A stretch of 64,000 nucleotides of DNA from Candidatus Peribacterales bacterium. Lineage in GTDB: Bacteria; Patescibacteriota; Gracilibacteria; Peribacterales; Peribacteraceae. Positions 55,576-64,000 of the stretch are shown piece by piece. Both the position numbers and the translations under genes were made by a program. The stretch covers positions 84,963 to 148,962 of the forward strand of contig JAGVDM010000001.1 in assembly GCA_020058765.1 (NCBI GenBank). The letters are read 5' to 3'. Under the pieces are notes generated by a model that saw only the letters and a list, made by a program, of their open reading frames with translations, was not told the DNA's origin and made no database searches. Positions within the stretch are counted from its first letter, which is position 1, and every line of letters begins with the position of its first letter.

Positions 55576-56574
55576 ATGACCCAGCGACCTCTGATCATCG
55601 ACTGCGACACCGGCGAAGATGATGCAATCGCGCTCGTGCTTGCTTCGATGGCGGGTCTGCCGCTCAAGTACATCGTGACGTGTCATGGGAATACGTCACT
55701 TGAGAATGCCACCAGGAACTCAGCAGACATCATGAGTCTTGTGGGTGCATCCGACGTGAAGATCATTAAGGGTGCGGCCAAGGCGCTGGAGCCTCATAAG
55801 TTGGAAGGTGAAAACTTTACGGTGGGGGAGGATTTCATTGGCAAGAACGGCATCTGCAATGTGCAGCTCCCGCTTTCTCAATACGACAATATCCTCGACT
55901 TCGGTGACGACAAGTACATTGAAGAGCTTGCAAATCGCATCCGCGAGTGCGGTCCCGTTGATTACATCATCACGGGTCCTTGCACTAATTTCGCGCGTCT
56001 CTGCGAATACTTCGGCGAGGAGATCAAACAGCACATCAACTCGCTCACCATCATGGGTGGCGCGGTATACGTGACTGGCACGCGTGGTGCGGGCGTGCGC
56101 AACGTGCAGCACGATCGCGATCCTACGAAACCGTCCGACTCTTGGGCGGAGTTCAACTTCTACTGCGACCCGAAAGCCATCGAAATCACGCTGCGCGCAA
56201 ACCTGAATCCACTCCTCGTGACGTGGGATATTTGCACGCGGTTTGAGGTGGGAATGGATGTCATTCAGAGCCTGCAATCCGACACACCCGGCGGCAAATT
56301 CGTCATGGAGCTCATGAATGCTTTCATGCAGAACTTCGGGATCAAGAACAAAACGCACTTCGAGCTCTGCGACCCGCTGACCATCATGGCGTACATGGGC
56401 TACGGTCAGGTGAATAAAGACGCGGTATGCATCATCACTGATCGTCATCACTTCGGGAAAAGCTACTCCGACATTGGGTGCCCAGAAGTACGGTACTTCT
56501 ACGCATCGAAAGCAGAGGTGCCCGTGATCATCAACGACATGCTCACAAAGATGGGCATTCACCGCACAGCCTAA
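55576..56574 (+). CDS. Nucleoside hydrolase (IUNH family)
   Basis: DCDTGEDD, GPCTN, MGG, AEFNFYCDP, LCDP. Confidence 0.92.
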   Translation: MTQRPLIIDCDTGEDDAIALVLASMAGLPLKYIVTCHGNTSLENATRNSADIMSLVGASDVKIIKGAAKALEPHKLEGENFTVGEDFIGKNGICNVQLPLSQYDNILDFGDDKYIEELANRIRECGPVDYIITGPCTNFARLCEYFGEEIKQHINSLTIMGGAVYVTGTRGAGVRNVQHDRDPTKPSDSWAEFNFYCDPKAIEITLRANLNPLLVTWDICTRFEVGMDVIQSLQSDTPGGKFVMELMNAFMQNFGIKNKTHFELCDPLTIMAYMGYGQVNKDAVCIITDRHHFGKSYSDIGCPEVRYFYASKAEVPVIINDMLTKMGIHRTA

Positions 56575-57572
56575 TGGAACGCGACCCCGCCATCGTGGTA
56601 CCCGGCGGCCTCAATACAGACTTCATCCTTACGGGACTGAGCCGCTTGCTGAAGCCCGGGGAGCTGGGTGCGGGTAGCACCATGGATATCAAGCCCGGTG
56701 GGAAGTCCCGTAACATTGCTCAGATGATCGCGAGCTTGAGCGGACCTGGGAGTGTTGCCATGCTCGGGCGTACGGTGCGTGACCGCTTTGGGTTGTGGCA
56801 GGCACCCTACGAAGCACTCAAAGAAAGCGGCGTGAATGTAGATCATGTGCAAGTGCTCTCTCCAGAGGAAGCAGGCACAGATTTGCCAGGTCTCGCGCTT
56901 ATTCCCGTCGATCGTGATGGGCAGAATCAAATCTACTTGTACCCTGGCGCGAATGCAGACTTCTCCCCCGCAGACATTGATGCTGCGGAAGGGGTATTCG
57001 AAGGTGCAGGAGCGCAGAAGGGCATCCTCGCACTCTCGCTCGAAATGCCACTGGCCACAGCCACGCGCGCTATTGCTCTCGCCAAGCGACATGCGCTCAA
57101 AGTGGTGCTGGATCCGGGCGGCATTAGCCCCAATCCTTCAGTCGAGGAATTGGATCAATACAAAACGCTGCTCGATGGAGTGGATCTCTTTAAACCCAAT
57201 GAACACGAAGTGAAAGTTCTTACAGATATCGCCGTGGTGAATTTGGAAACAGCCATACAGGCAGCCAAAATTCTCCGGGATCTCGGTGTAGGTGCCGTGC
57301 TGATTACCGCAGGCAAAGATGGTGCCTATCTGCTTGCTGACGGCGTAGAGGAGCACATTCCCATCCCGAATGTGCAGATCAATTCTACCGCCCGTGATGC
57401 CACGGGTTGCGGTGACCAGACCATGGCAGCGCTCTGTGCTCGTTTACAGGCAGGCGATAGCCTAACCCAGGCAGCACGCACAGGCGTGCTCGCAGGCACG
57501 CTGCAGTTCTACCGCACGGGTGTGCAGCCGGTTTCCGCTGCCGAGTTGGCGGAGTGGCAGCACAAGGCCTAA
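56574..57572 (+). CDS. Ribokinase-like PfkB family sugar kinase
   Basis: PGGKSRNIA, PNEHE, DATGCGD; TAATG coupling to the hydrolase. Confidence 0.88.
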   Translation: MERDPAIVVPGGLNTDFILTGLSRLLKPGELGAGSTMDIKPGGKSRNIAQMIASLSGPGSVAMLGRTVRDRFGLWQAPYEALKESGVNVDHVQVLSPEEAGTDLPGLALIPVDRDGQNQIYLYPGANADFSPADIDAAEGVFEGAGAQKGILALSLEMPLATATRAIALAKRHALKVVLDPGGISPNPSVEELDQYKTLLDGVDLFKPNEHEVKVLTDIAVVNLETAIQAAKILRDLGVGAVLITAGKDGAYLLADGVEEHIPIPNVQINSTARDATGCGDQTMAALCARLQAGDSLTQAARTGVLAGTLQFYRTGVQPVSAAELAEWQHKA

Positions 57573-59203
57573 AGCCCTGGGCACGCTGCGCGAATGACCG
57601 GATCTGTCACGGTCTTCCCAAATGTTTTTGTGAATGCCGCAGCGAATTCCTGTGCCAGTTTTTCGGCTGCTGCTGCATAGTCTTCGGGGTTCTTCCATGT
57701 GCGTTCTGGGTCAAGAATCGTACTCTCCACCCCCGGGCACGATGTGGGCACACTAAACTTCCACAGAGGATCCTCGCGCATGACGGCCGAGTCGAATGTG
57801 CCGTGTTGCACTGCTTGTACGATCGCACGTGTCACGTCGATATCCATTCGTTTCCCTGTGCCGTAGCCACCGCCCGTCCAGCCTGTATTCACTACATACA
57901 CATGGGTACCGTGCTTGCTCATACGTTTTGCCAACAGATCGGCGTAATCCTTGGGATTGCGCGGCATAAACGGCCCACCAAAGAATCGCGAGAATGCCGA
58001 CACTGGGGTGGTAATACCCGTTTCGGTACCGGCGAGTTTGCTCGTGTAACCCATAAGGAACCAGAGCATTGCTTGCGCGGTAGTGAGCCGTGCGATTGGT
58101 GGCAATACGCCGTTGGCGTCTGCAGTCAGGAAGATGATGGTCTCCGGATGTGTGCCACAGGCACCGGGCTTTGCACTCGGCAGAAAGTCGAGAGGGTACG
58201 ACGCTCTCGAGTTCTCCGCGAATCGGTCATCGTCCACATCTACCGTGCCATTGGGGTACACCATGGCATTCTCAATGATCACACCGCTTTGCGCAGTAGC
58301 ACGATGTGAGAAGACGGCGCTATGAATCTGCGTTTCCTTTGTCGCATCCAAGCGGATGAGTTTTGCATAGGAGCCGTTCTCCAAATTCGCGACGCCATTC
58401 TCTGACCACAGGTGTTCATCGTCACCGATAAGTGTCATCCCTGCGCCCATAGACAGGGTAGTTTTCCCTGTGCCCGAAAGGCCTAGGAAGAGCGTCGTTT
58501 TTCCGGTGGCATCCTCATTGGCGCTGCAATGCAGTGGTAGCACGTCATGCTCCGGTAGCAGGTAATTCATCACCGTAAACATGAGCTTCTTCACCGCGCC
58601 GCAGTACGCTGTGCCATACACAAAGCCAATGCGACGATCGAAATCCATCGCAATGCACATATCAACCACCTTGCCATCTACTTCTCGCAGCACACCCTGG
58701 TACTTCTCGGTAGAGAGTTTCGTATGCGGAAGGGCAATGAGCGTGAATGGCTTGTCTCCAAAAACACTCGCATTTCCGTGTATGGCAGGTCGGAACATAT
58801 TCTCGCAAAAGAGCGCTGTGAGCGGACTATCTGTCACCACCCGCACAGGCAGCGCAAATGCAGCATCCGCACCGAGCGAGCGGTCGCTCACAAATACCTC
58901 TTGGCGATCTTTGAGTACGTCGAGCGCGTCATTGAGCAACTGGTCGAATACGGCAGACTCCATGGGGATGCAGGTAGGCGACGACCAGTCGATATGCGCC
59001 TCAGATGCAGCATGGCGCACAATATACGTGTCTTTTGGAATGCGTCCGGTCTCTGCCGCGCGCGTCCAGGTGGCAAGCGCTCCAATGGGCAGCTCCAGCG
59101 CTTCACGATGCTCCAATACTGATGCAATCAGTGCGGCGCGCGACATGTTTCTCTTCGCCTTCTCGTGAGTTGCCACGCGTTCCAATGCTTGTGCTGGAGA
59201 CAT
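57569..59203 (-). CDS. pckA: Phosphoenolpyruvate carboxykinase (ATP)
   Basis: LHCSAN, GLSGTGKTTLS, IGDDEH, ENSRASYP, VNTGWTGG. Confidence 0.96.
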   Translation of the reverse strand: MSPAQALERVATHEKAKRNMSRAALIASVLEHREALELPIGALATWTRAAETGRIPKDTYIVRHAASEAHIDWSSPTCIPMESAVFDQLLNDALDVLKDRQEVFVSDRSLGADAAFALPVRVVTDSPLTALFCENMFRPAIHGNASVFGDKPFTLIALPHTKLSTEKYQGVLREVDGKVVDMCIAMDFDRRIGFVYGTAYCGAVKKLMFTVMNYLLPEHDVLPLHCSANEDATGKTTLFLGLSGTGKTTLSMGAGMTLIGDDEHLWSENGVANLENGSYAKLIRLDATKETQIHSAVFSHRATAQSGVIIENAMVYPNGTVDVDDDRFAENSRASYPLDFLPSAKPGACGTHPETIIFLTADANGVLPPIARLTTAQAMLWFLMGYTSKLAGTETGITTPVSAFSRFFGGPFMPRNPKDYADLLAKRMSKHGTHVYVVNTGWTGGGYGTGKRMDIDVTRAIVQAVQHGTFDSAVMREDPLWKFSVPTSCPGVESTILDPERTWKNPEDYAAAAEKLAQEFAAAFTKTFGKTVTDPVIRAACPGL

Positions 59204-59218
59204 AGAAATAGGGGAGAA

Positions 59219-60508
59219 TTATGGAGTGATGCAGGCGTTGTGCAGGTTCTGGAATACAGGAGAAATGTCTTCTGTGCGGAGAGCTGAATAGGCAATGCGG
59301 ATCATGGATCCAATCGCAATGACTCCTGTGTCGTATTGTGTAAGCAGCGTTTGCCGTACCGTTTCGGCATCGAGTCCGTCAGCCAGTTGCACGCAGAGGA
59401 AGTAGCCCGAATTGAATGGGTATGGCGTGAACGATGTAGCAAATTCCGGGTGCGCCGCGAGCACGCGGCGTACTTCGCGATAGCGCTCCTGCAGGAGCGC
59501 AAACTTCTGTCGCTTTTCCTCCTCGTAGCTTGGTGCGCTGTAGAGCGACATCAATGCGCTCTGCGAATGATGGCAGGCGTTGGATACCGAAGAACGCACC
59601 ATTCCTGCAGCTTTGTGCTCCAGTGCTTGCAGGCCTTTTGCCGTAAGTCCCTTCATACCAAATGTTAGAAAGCCTACGCGCAGACCCCACGCACAATCCT
59701 CCTTTGTAGCCCCATCGATCTTCACTGCGAGGATATTCTCATGCAACCCGGCGATCTTTCCAAAGAGTGATTCGGTCGTTACTCCTTCTTCAAACACGAG
59801 TCCGTAATACGCATCATCAATGAATACCACCAACTGGTCGCCTGCCTCCGCCCTGCGATGAAGCAGGGCGCAGATCTCCTCTACTTCTTCGTGTGTAGGC
59901 GTATACCCGCAGGGATTATTCGGGAAATTCAGCAGGAGAATTTTCTTGCGACCGTGTACAGATTTTACGGCTTCTTCTAGGGCTGAAACGTTAAATGCAT
60001 CCTCAGTAAATGTTTCGAAAAACTTCACCGTCCCACTGTGGTTGTTCTCAAAAGTCAGGCGGTAGTTATCCCAGAATTTATCGGGCAGGATAATCGCATC
60101 ACCTGCATCCACGAACAGTGCCCCGGCACAGTCGAGGGCATGCGTAATCCCCGCAGTCACCACAGGCAGGCTTATTCCCGATTGTAAGGATGGCGTCGCT
60201 TTCCGTATCCGTGTTTGCCAAGTCGTGCGTAGTTCTGCTTCCCCAAATGATGGTGAATAGGTCACCACATCCTTGGGCGTCCTTCCATATGATTGCAGGA
60301 GCGAGGGGAGATACATGGGGCTGCCGTCTTGCTCCAGCGCAATGCCGATCGTTGCGTTGTACGTTTTGCCTCGAGCGTCGGCTGTTTGCCCCAAGATCCC
60401 GGTCACCGGGAAGAAGATCGCTTTTCCCCGAGCAGAGAGCATGGCAAATGCCACGGGGTTCTCGTCTCTTAGTGTTGTGTTCAGGGCTTCCGCAATGGAA
60501 TTGGTCAT
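59219..60508 (-). CDS. PLP-dependent aminotransferase class I/II
   Basis: NATIG, NFPNNPCG, DDAYYG, DGATKE..AWGLRVG. Confidence 0.9.
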   Translation of the reverse strand: MTNSIAEALNTTLRDENPVAFAMLSARGKAIFFPVTGILGQTADARGKTYNATIGIALEQDGSPMYLPSLLQSYGRTPKDVVTYSPSFGEAELRTTWQTRIRKATPSLQSGISLPVVTAGITHALDCAGALFVDAGDAIILPDKFWDNYRLTFENNHSGTVKFFETFTEDAFNVSALEEAVKSVHGRKKILLLNFPNNPCGYTPTHEEVEEICALLHRRAEAGDQLVVFIDDAYYGLVFEEGVTTESLFGKIAGLHENILAVKIDGATKEDCAWGLRVGFLTFGMKGLTAKGLQALEHKAAGMVRSSVSNACHHSQSALMSLYSAPSYEEEKRQKFALLQERYREVRRVLAAHPEFATSFTPYPFNSGYFLCVQLADGLDAETVRQTLLTQYDTGVIAIGSMIRIAYSALRTEDISPVFQNLHNACITP

Positions 60509-60710
60509 GTAGGGGGAGGGTAACAGGTGCAGTACACCGAAGTATGCGTCGGTACACGAGAAACGCAATCGTGCTCGATTCGCGGCTTTCTGTAGGGGAG
60601 AAAGACATTCAATTGATTTCGCTGTATATCCACTTTTGCGCTCAGATAGCTGCGATGCAGGAAAACAGGCTTCCTGCCCACAATGCCCAAAATTCTGCTA
60701 GGATCGATGC

Positions 60711-61559
60711 ATGAGTACCGCTTTTGAACGCATTCGCCAGATGCTCACTGACGCAGGTCAGCAGGCATCCACCAAAATCATCGACATCCTGCCGCAGGCG
60801 GCAGTTGCCGTGCTGATCGTCGGCATCGGCTTACTCGTCTCCGCAGCGCTCTATTTCCTCGCGATGCGCATCATGGAGTTCTTTGCCATCGATAAGCTCG
60901 CTGGCAAAACGCCGTTGCAGCGCTTCCTGCGCGATGCGGGCATCCACAAAAATGTGTCGCACATCCTCGGGTTACTTGTGTTTTGGCTTGGTGTACTCGT
61001 TACACTCATCCTTGCTGCCGATGCGCTTCAGCTGGAGCAGGTATCGAGCGCACTCGCGGTAGTGACCCGCTTCATTCCACAGCTGATTGCGGCATTGCTC
61101 ATTGTGATCTTCGGCATGCTGCTGGCCAAGTTCCTGCAGGTTTTTGTGGAGCAGACACTCGTAAAGGCACACCTGCAATTTGCTGCAGTAGTCGGCAAGG
61201 TGGTATATGTCTGCGTCTTACTGTTCGTACTCCACTTGGTGATCGAGCAGCTGGGCTTCCAGTTGTCGTTCATTACCACCAACATGATGCTCGCAATCAG
61301 TGCGATCGTGGTGGTGTGTGGCATCGGCTTCGTGCTCTCTTGTAAAACTCTGCTCGAGAACGCGGCAGCATGCTATCAACTCCGGCAACACCTCAAGGTG
61401 GGTGATCGCGTGGCAGTGAGTGGTGCACAAGGCGCTGTGGCAGCATTCACGCTCACCAGCGTGGTGTTGCAAACATCCGCAGGCAAAACGATTCTCCCCG
61501 CTCTCGCTTTCTATACCTCTTCCTACACGATCGAAAATCAGCATGAGCAGCGAGCATAA
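60711..61559 (+). CDS. MscS-like/conserved TM-helix membrane protein
   Basis: Repeated LPQ/IPQLIAALLI helices; C-terminal LKVGDRVAV beta domain. Confidence 0.75.
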   Translation: MSTAFERIRQMLTDAGQQASTKIIDILPQAAVAVLIVGIGLLVSAALYFLAMRIMEFFAIDKLAGKTPLQRFLRDAGIHKNVSHILGLLVFWLGVLVTLILAADALQLEQVSSALAVVTRFIPQLIAALLIVIFGMLLAKFLQVFVEQTLVKAHLQFAAVVGKVVYVCVLLFVLHLVIEQLGFQLSFITTNMMLAISAIVVVCGIGFVLSCKTLLENAAACYQLRQHLKVGDRVAVSGAQGAVAAFTLTSVVLQTSAGKTILPALAFYTSSYTIENQHEQRA

Positions 61560-62322
61560 GCCAAGGCCCCTCCTTGTCTCCATTCCGCATGCCGGATCGG
61601 AGATTCCAGAGGAGGTGGCATCGGCCGTTGCGTTGAGCCAGCATGATCTGCTTGGGTACACCGACCTATATACAGATCAGATCTTCAATATCGATAACGT
61701 GTATCTGGTCAGCAATCCTATTTCGCGCGTGATTGTGGACGTCAACCGCGCCCCAGACGATATCTCCCGAGAATACGAACAAGCTGCCGAGGGCGTCACG
61801 GTTCACACCACATGGGACGGCAGGAGCGTGTATGCAAAGGAACCGCCGCAGGAGATTGTCGATGTACTCATCACCAAGTATCACGATCCGTATCATGAGC
61901 AGATCGATAAACGTATGGCAGAAGTGCAGTTCTTGATCGACGGTCACTCGTACCTCTCCGTGGGCCCAAAGCTCAAGCGCGATAGCGGTGAGGAGCGCCC
62001 GGATATCAACTTGGGGAATATGAATTTCTCTACCTGCACGCGTGAGCACACAGTGTTCTTCCGCGAATTTTTTGAGGAACGTGGATACTCCGTGCGTGTG
62101 AATTTCCCGTATACCGGCAAATACATTCTTGGGCACCACTGTCACCGTCGGCGCATCCCGCCGTTTCTTGTGCCGGGCATCCAGATCGAAATCAATCAGG
62201 GACTCTATGTAAAACCCGACTCGTTCGACGCGATTCCTAACCGAGTGGAAGAGTTCCATGCGCTCTTTGCGAAACTTGTTGATGCCTTTACAGAGCGGTT
62301 CCTTGCCGAAGAAGACGCGTGA
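61543..62322 (+). CDS. N-formylglutamate amidohydrolase family protein
   Basis: SIPHAG, D.YTD, SRVIVDVNR, YHDPYH, DGHS, RPDINLG, IQIEIN. Confidence 0.88.
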   Translation: MSSEHKPRPLLVSIPHAGSEIPEEVASAVALSQHDLLGYTDLYTDQIFNIDNVYLVSNPISRVIVDVNRAPDDISREYEQAAEGVTVHTTWDGRSVYAKEPPQEIVDVLITKYHDPYHEQIDKRMAEVQFLIDGHSYLSVGPKLKRDSGEERPDINLGNMNFSTCTREHTVFFREFFEERGYSVRVNFPYTGKYILGHHCHRRRIPPFLVPGIQIEINQGLYVKPDSFDAIPNRVEEFHALFAKLVDAFTERFLAEEDA

Positions 62323-62353
62323 CGACTCCCCATTTTCCTGCTAGAATAGCCCG

Positions 62354-63226
62354 ATGCGTATCGTTGTAGAGGTCACACGTCCCGGCACGCTCCTTGCACT
62401 CGTTGCGGGTGCCGTCGGCTTTGTTGTGTGGACTGTTTCCAGCGTTACGCCAGGTGAGCAGCCTGTAGTTACGGCTTCAGTTGGGGGTACGGAGGTTGCA
62501 GTACAAGAAGAGATTTTGAGTGCAGAAGATGCCGTGCGCAGACGTCGGCAAGAGATTGCCGTGCTCGAGCGCAACGAAGAGATCCTCCGTTACCAGCTCA
62601 AAGAGCTCGAAGAGGTGCAGAAGCGTTTGGGGAATGACTTGGATGGAGACCTTGGTCGGGAGCTCGAAGAGTCGAGAGAGCACTTGCTCATGCTGCTCCA
62701 GGACAAACGCCTAGCAGAAGATCAGCTGCGCACTTCGCTCATGCAGGTGTGGGAAGCAGAAGTACGTGGAGGTCGCGTAAGCGCCAGCTTGTCGGGTCCT
62801 GTTGCATCACTCGTATGGCCTGTGGAACCATCCATCGGAATTTCTGCACACTTCAAAGACAACGACTACGAGGCGCATTTTGGCATCCCGCACTACGCTA
62901 TCGATATCCCCGTATTGCAAAACAGCACTATCCGCGCGCCTGCCGATGGCACGGTGGAAACTGTTGCCGATAATGGAACGGGCTACAGCTACTTGATTCT
63001 CAAGCACCAGGGTGTCGCAACGCTCTACGGGCACGTGGCAGGGTTCTTGGTAGAAGAGGGGCAAGCTGTGCGCCAAGGCGAACCGATCGCGCTCTCGGGC
63101 GGTCAACCCGGCACACGCGGGGCAGGCTCACTTACCACAGGACCACACCTGCACTTTGAAACGATTGTCGATGGCGAACGTGTCGATCCACTCACGATCC
63201 TGCCACCGCATACCAGCGTTCAGTAG
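62354..63226 (+). CDS. M23 family metallopeptidase with coiled coil
   Basis: N-terminal TM, coiled coil, HYAIDI, YGH, TTGPHLHFE. Confidence 0.92.
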   Translation: MRIVVEVTRPGTLLALVAGAVGFVVWTVSSVTPGEQPVVTASVGGTEVAVQEEILSAEDAVRRRRQEIAVLERNEEILRYQLKELEEVQKRLGNDLDGDLGRELEESREHLLMLLQDKRLAEDQLRTSLMQVWEAEVRGGRVSASLSGPVASLVWPVEPSIGISAHFKDNDYEAHFGIPHYAIDIPVLQNSTIRAPADGTVETVADNGTGYSYLILKHQGVATLYGHVAGFLVEEGQAVRQGEPIALSGGQPGTRGAGSLTTGPHLHFETIVDGERVDPLTILPPHTSVQ

Positions 63227-64000
63227 TGCCCTAGCGCATCCTCTGCGCCCTCTGGAAGGATCCCGAGTTGTGCAGCTTGGCTGAACGCATAGTGGTCTGT
63301 CATTCCTGCGACGTAGTCTTTTACGGCTTCGCAAAGGGCTGAACCTGTTTTTTCCTGCAGGGCGATAATCTTGTCATTCGGTGCCTGTTCATAGGCATTG
63401 CACAGCGCATGTACGATCTGCTGCCCTACTGTACTGCGGCGAAGAACGGTCGCGTTGTTGTACATGTGATTCCATAGAAATGCACGGAGTGCATCGAGTG
63501 ATGATCGGAGTGCATCCGAAAAACACACGAGTGGTATCGATGCGCCGTACACATCATCCAGTGTGGTAATACGTTGCGACAGTAGGATCGCCGATGTCTC
63601 TTGGTAGAGATCTGTAACGAGCAGGTGAATGAGCGATCCACGCAGCGAGGTGCCGCGATGTGCGGCACGATCGTACGCTTCGCGAGCCAAAGGTACTGCT
63701 GTGATTTCTTTGAGAGAAAACAGTGACGCCTTCAGGCCATCTTCACAGTCGTGCGCTGTGTATGCAATTTCATCGGCAATATTCACGAGCTGCGCTTCCA
63801 ACGACGGCGCATGCAGGCCGCTGTCGTGCGACGGGTGATCGTGCGGGGTACGGTGCTTCAGTAATCCTTCCAGTACTTCTTTATTCAAATTGAGTCCGCG
63901 GAAGAGTGATCCATGTTCCGCGAGCACATCCACTATTCTGTACGATTGCTCGTTGTGTTCGAAGTGCATGCCATGCGATTGCATCCACACATGGAGAGCT
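63220..64000 (-). CDS. dgt: Deoxyguanosinetriphosphate triphosphohydrolase-like HD protein (5' end outside window)
   Basis: FEHNEQSYRIV, GLNL..EVLEG, EAQLVNIADEIAY..HD, DYVAGMTD. Confidence 0.9.
   Translation of the reverse strand, partial: ALHVWMQSHGMHFEHNEQSYRIVDVLAEHGSLFRGLNLNKEVLEGLLKHRTPHDHPSHDSGLHAPSLEAQLVNIADEIAYTAHDCEDGLKASLFSLKEITAVPLAREAYDRAAHRGTSLRGSLIHLLVTDLYQETSAILLSQRITTLDDVYGASIPLVCFSDALRSSLDALRAFLWNHMYNNATVLRRSTVGQQIVHALCNAYEQAPNDKIIALQEKTGSALCEAVKDYVAGMTDHYAFSQAAQLGILPEGAEDALGHY

Noticed and set aside
43363-57572. Genomic island integrated at tRNA-Trp (similarly tRNA-Arg at 6258)
   Set aside because: No integrase and no duplicated tRNA 3' end noticed downstream; a composition shift could not be computed
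1-64000. CRISPR array, integrase, transposase or prophage
   Set aside because: No regularly spaced direct repeats and no recognisable mobile-element or phage proteins seen by eye

Overview
A 64 kb gene-dense chromosomal window from a bacterium using genetic code 11. It is most likely a CPR/Patescibacteria organism of the Peribacteria/Peregrinibacteria type; this is inferred from gene content, SLH proteins with Ser-rich linkers, scarce Shine-Dalgarno sites and many apparently leaderless genes. It carries housekeeping genes (nusA, lspA, murA, pyrF, comM/yraN, zwf/pgl, metK, serS, uvrB, galU, uppP, recJ, dnaJ, HU, topA, pckA, partial dgt), tRNA-Arg(CCT), tRNA-Trp(CCA), a SAM-I riboswitch, a Liv-type ABC transporter, an alpha-2-macroglobulin/PbpC pair and several envelope proteins. 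No integrase, transposase or CRISPR array was seen. Most notable: (1) a complete Leu/Ile/Val leader-peptide transcription attenuator, missed by the ORF track, controlling an orphan gene (33340-33945); (2) a four-gene cluster of PRTase-HAD fusion, paralogous HAD, Cys-type nucleoside hydrolase and ribokinase (52016-57572) that looks like an undescribed nucleotide scavenging or remodelling system; (3) an amidase-SpoIID fusion; (4) a TTGGCT-N6-AGCCAA palindrome shared by the upstream regions of HU/topA and a histone-H1-like gene; (5) pervasive leaderless or C/T-rich translation starts. All calls come from motif recognition by eye, with no database searches; several starts were moved downstream of the ORF-track starts.
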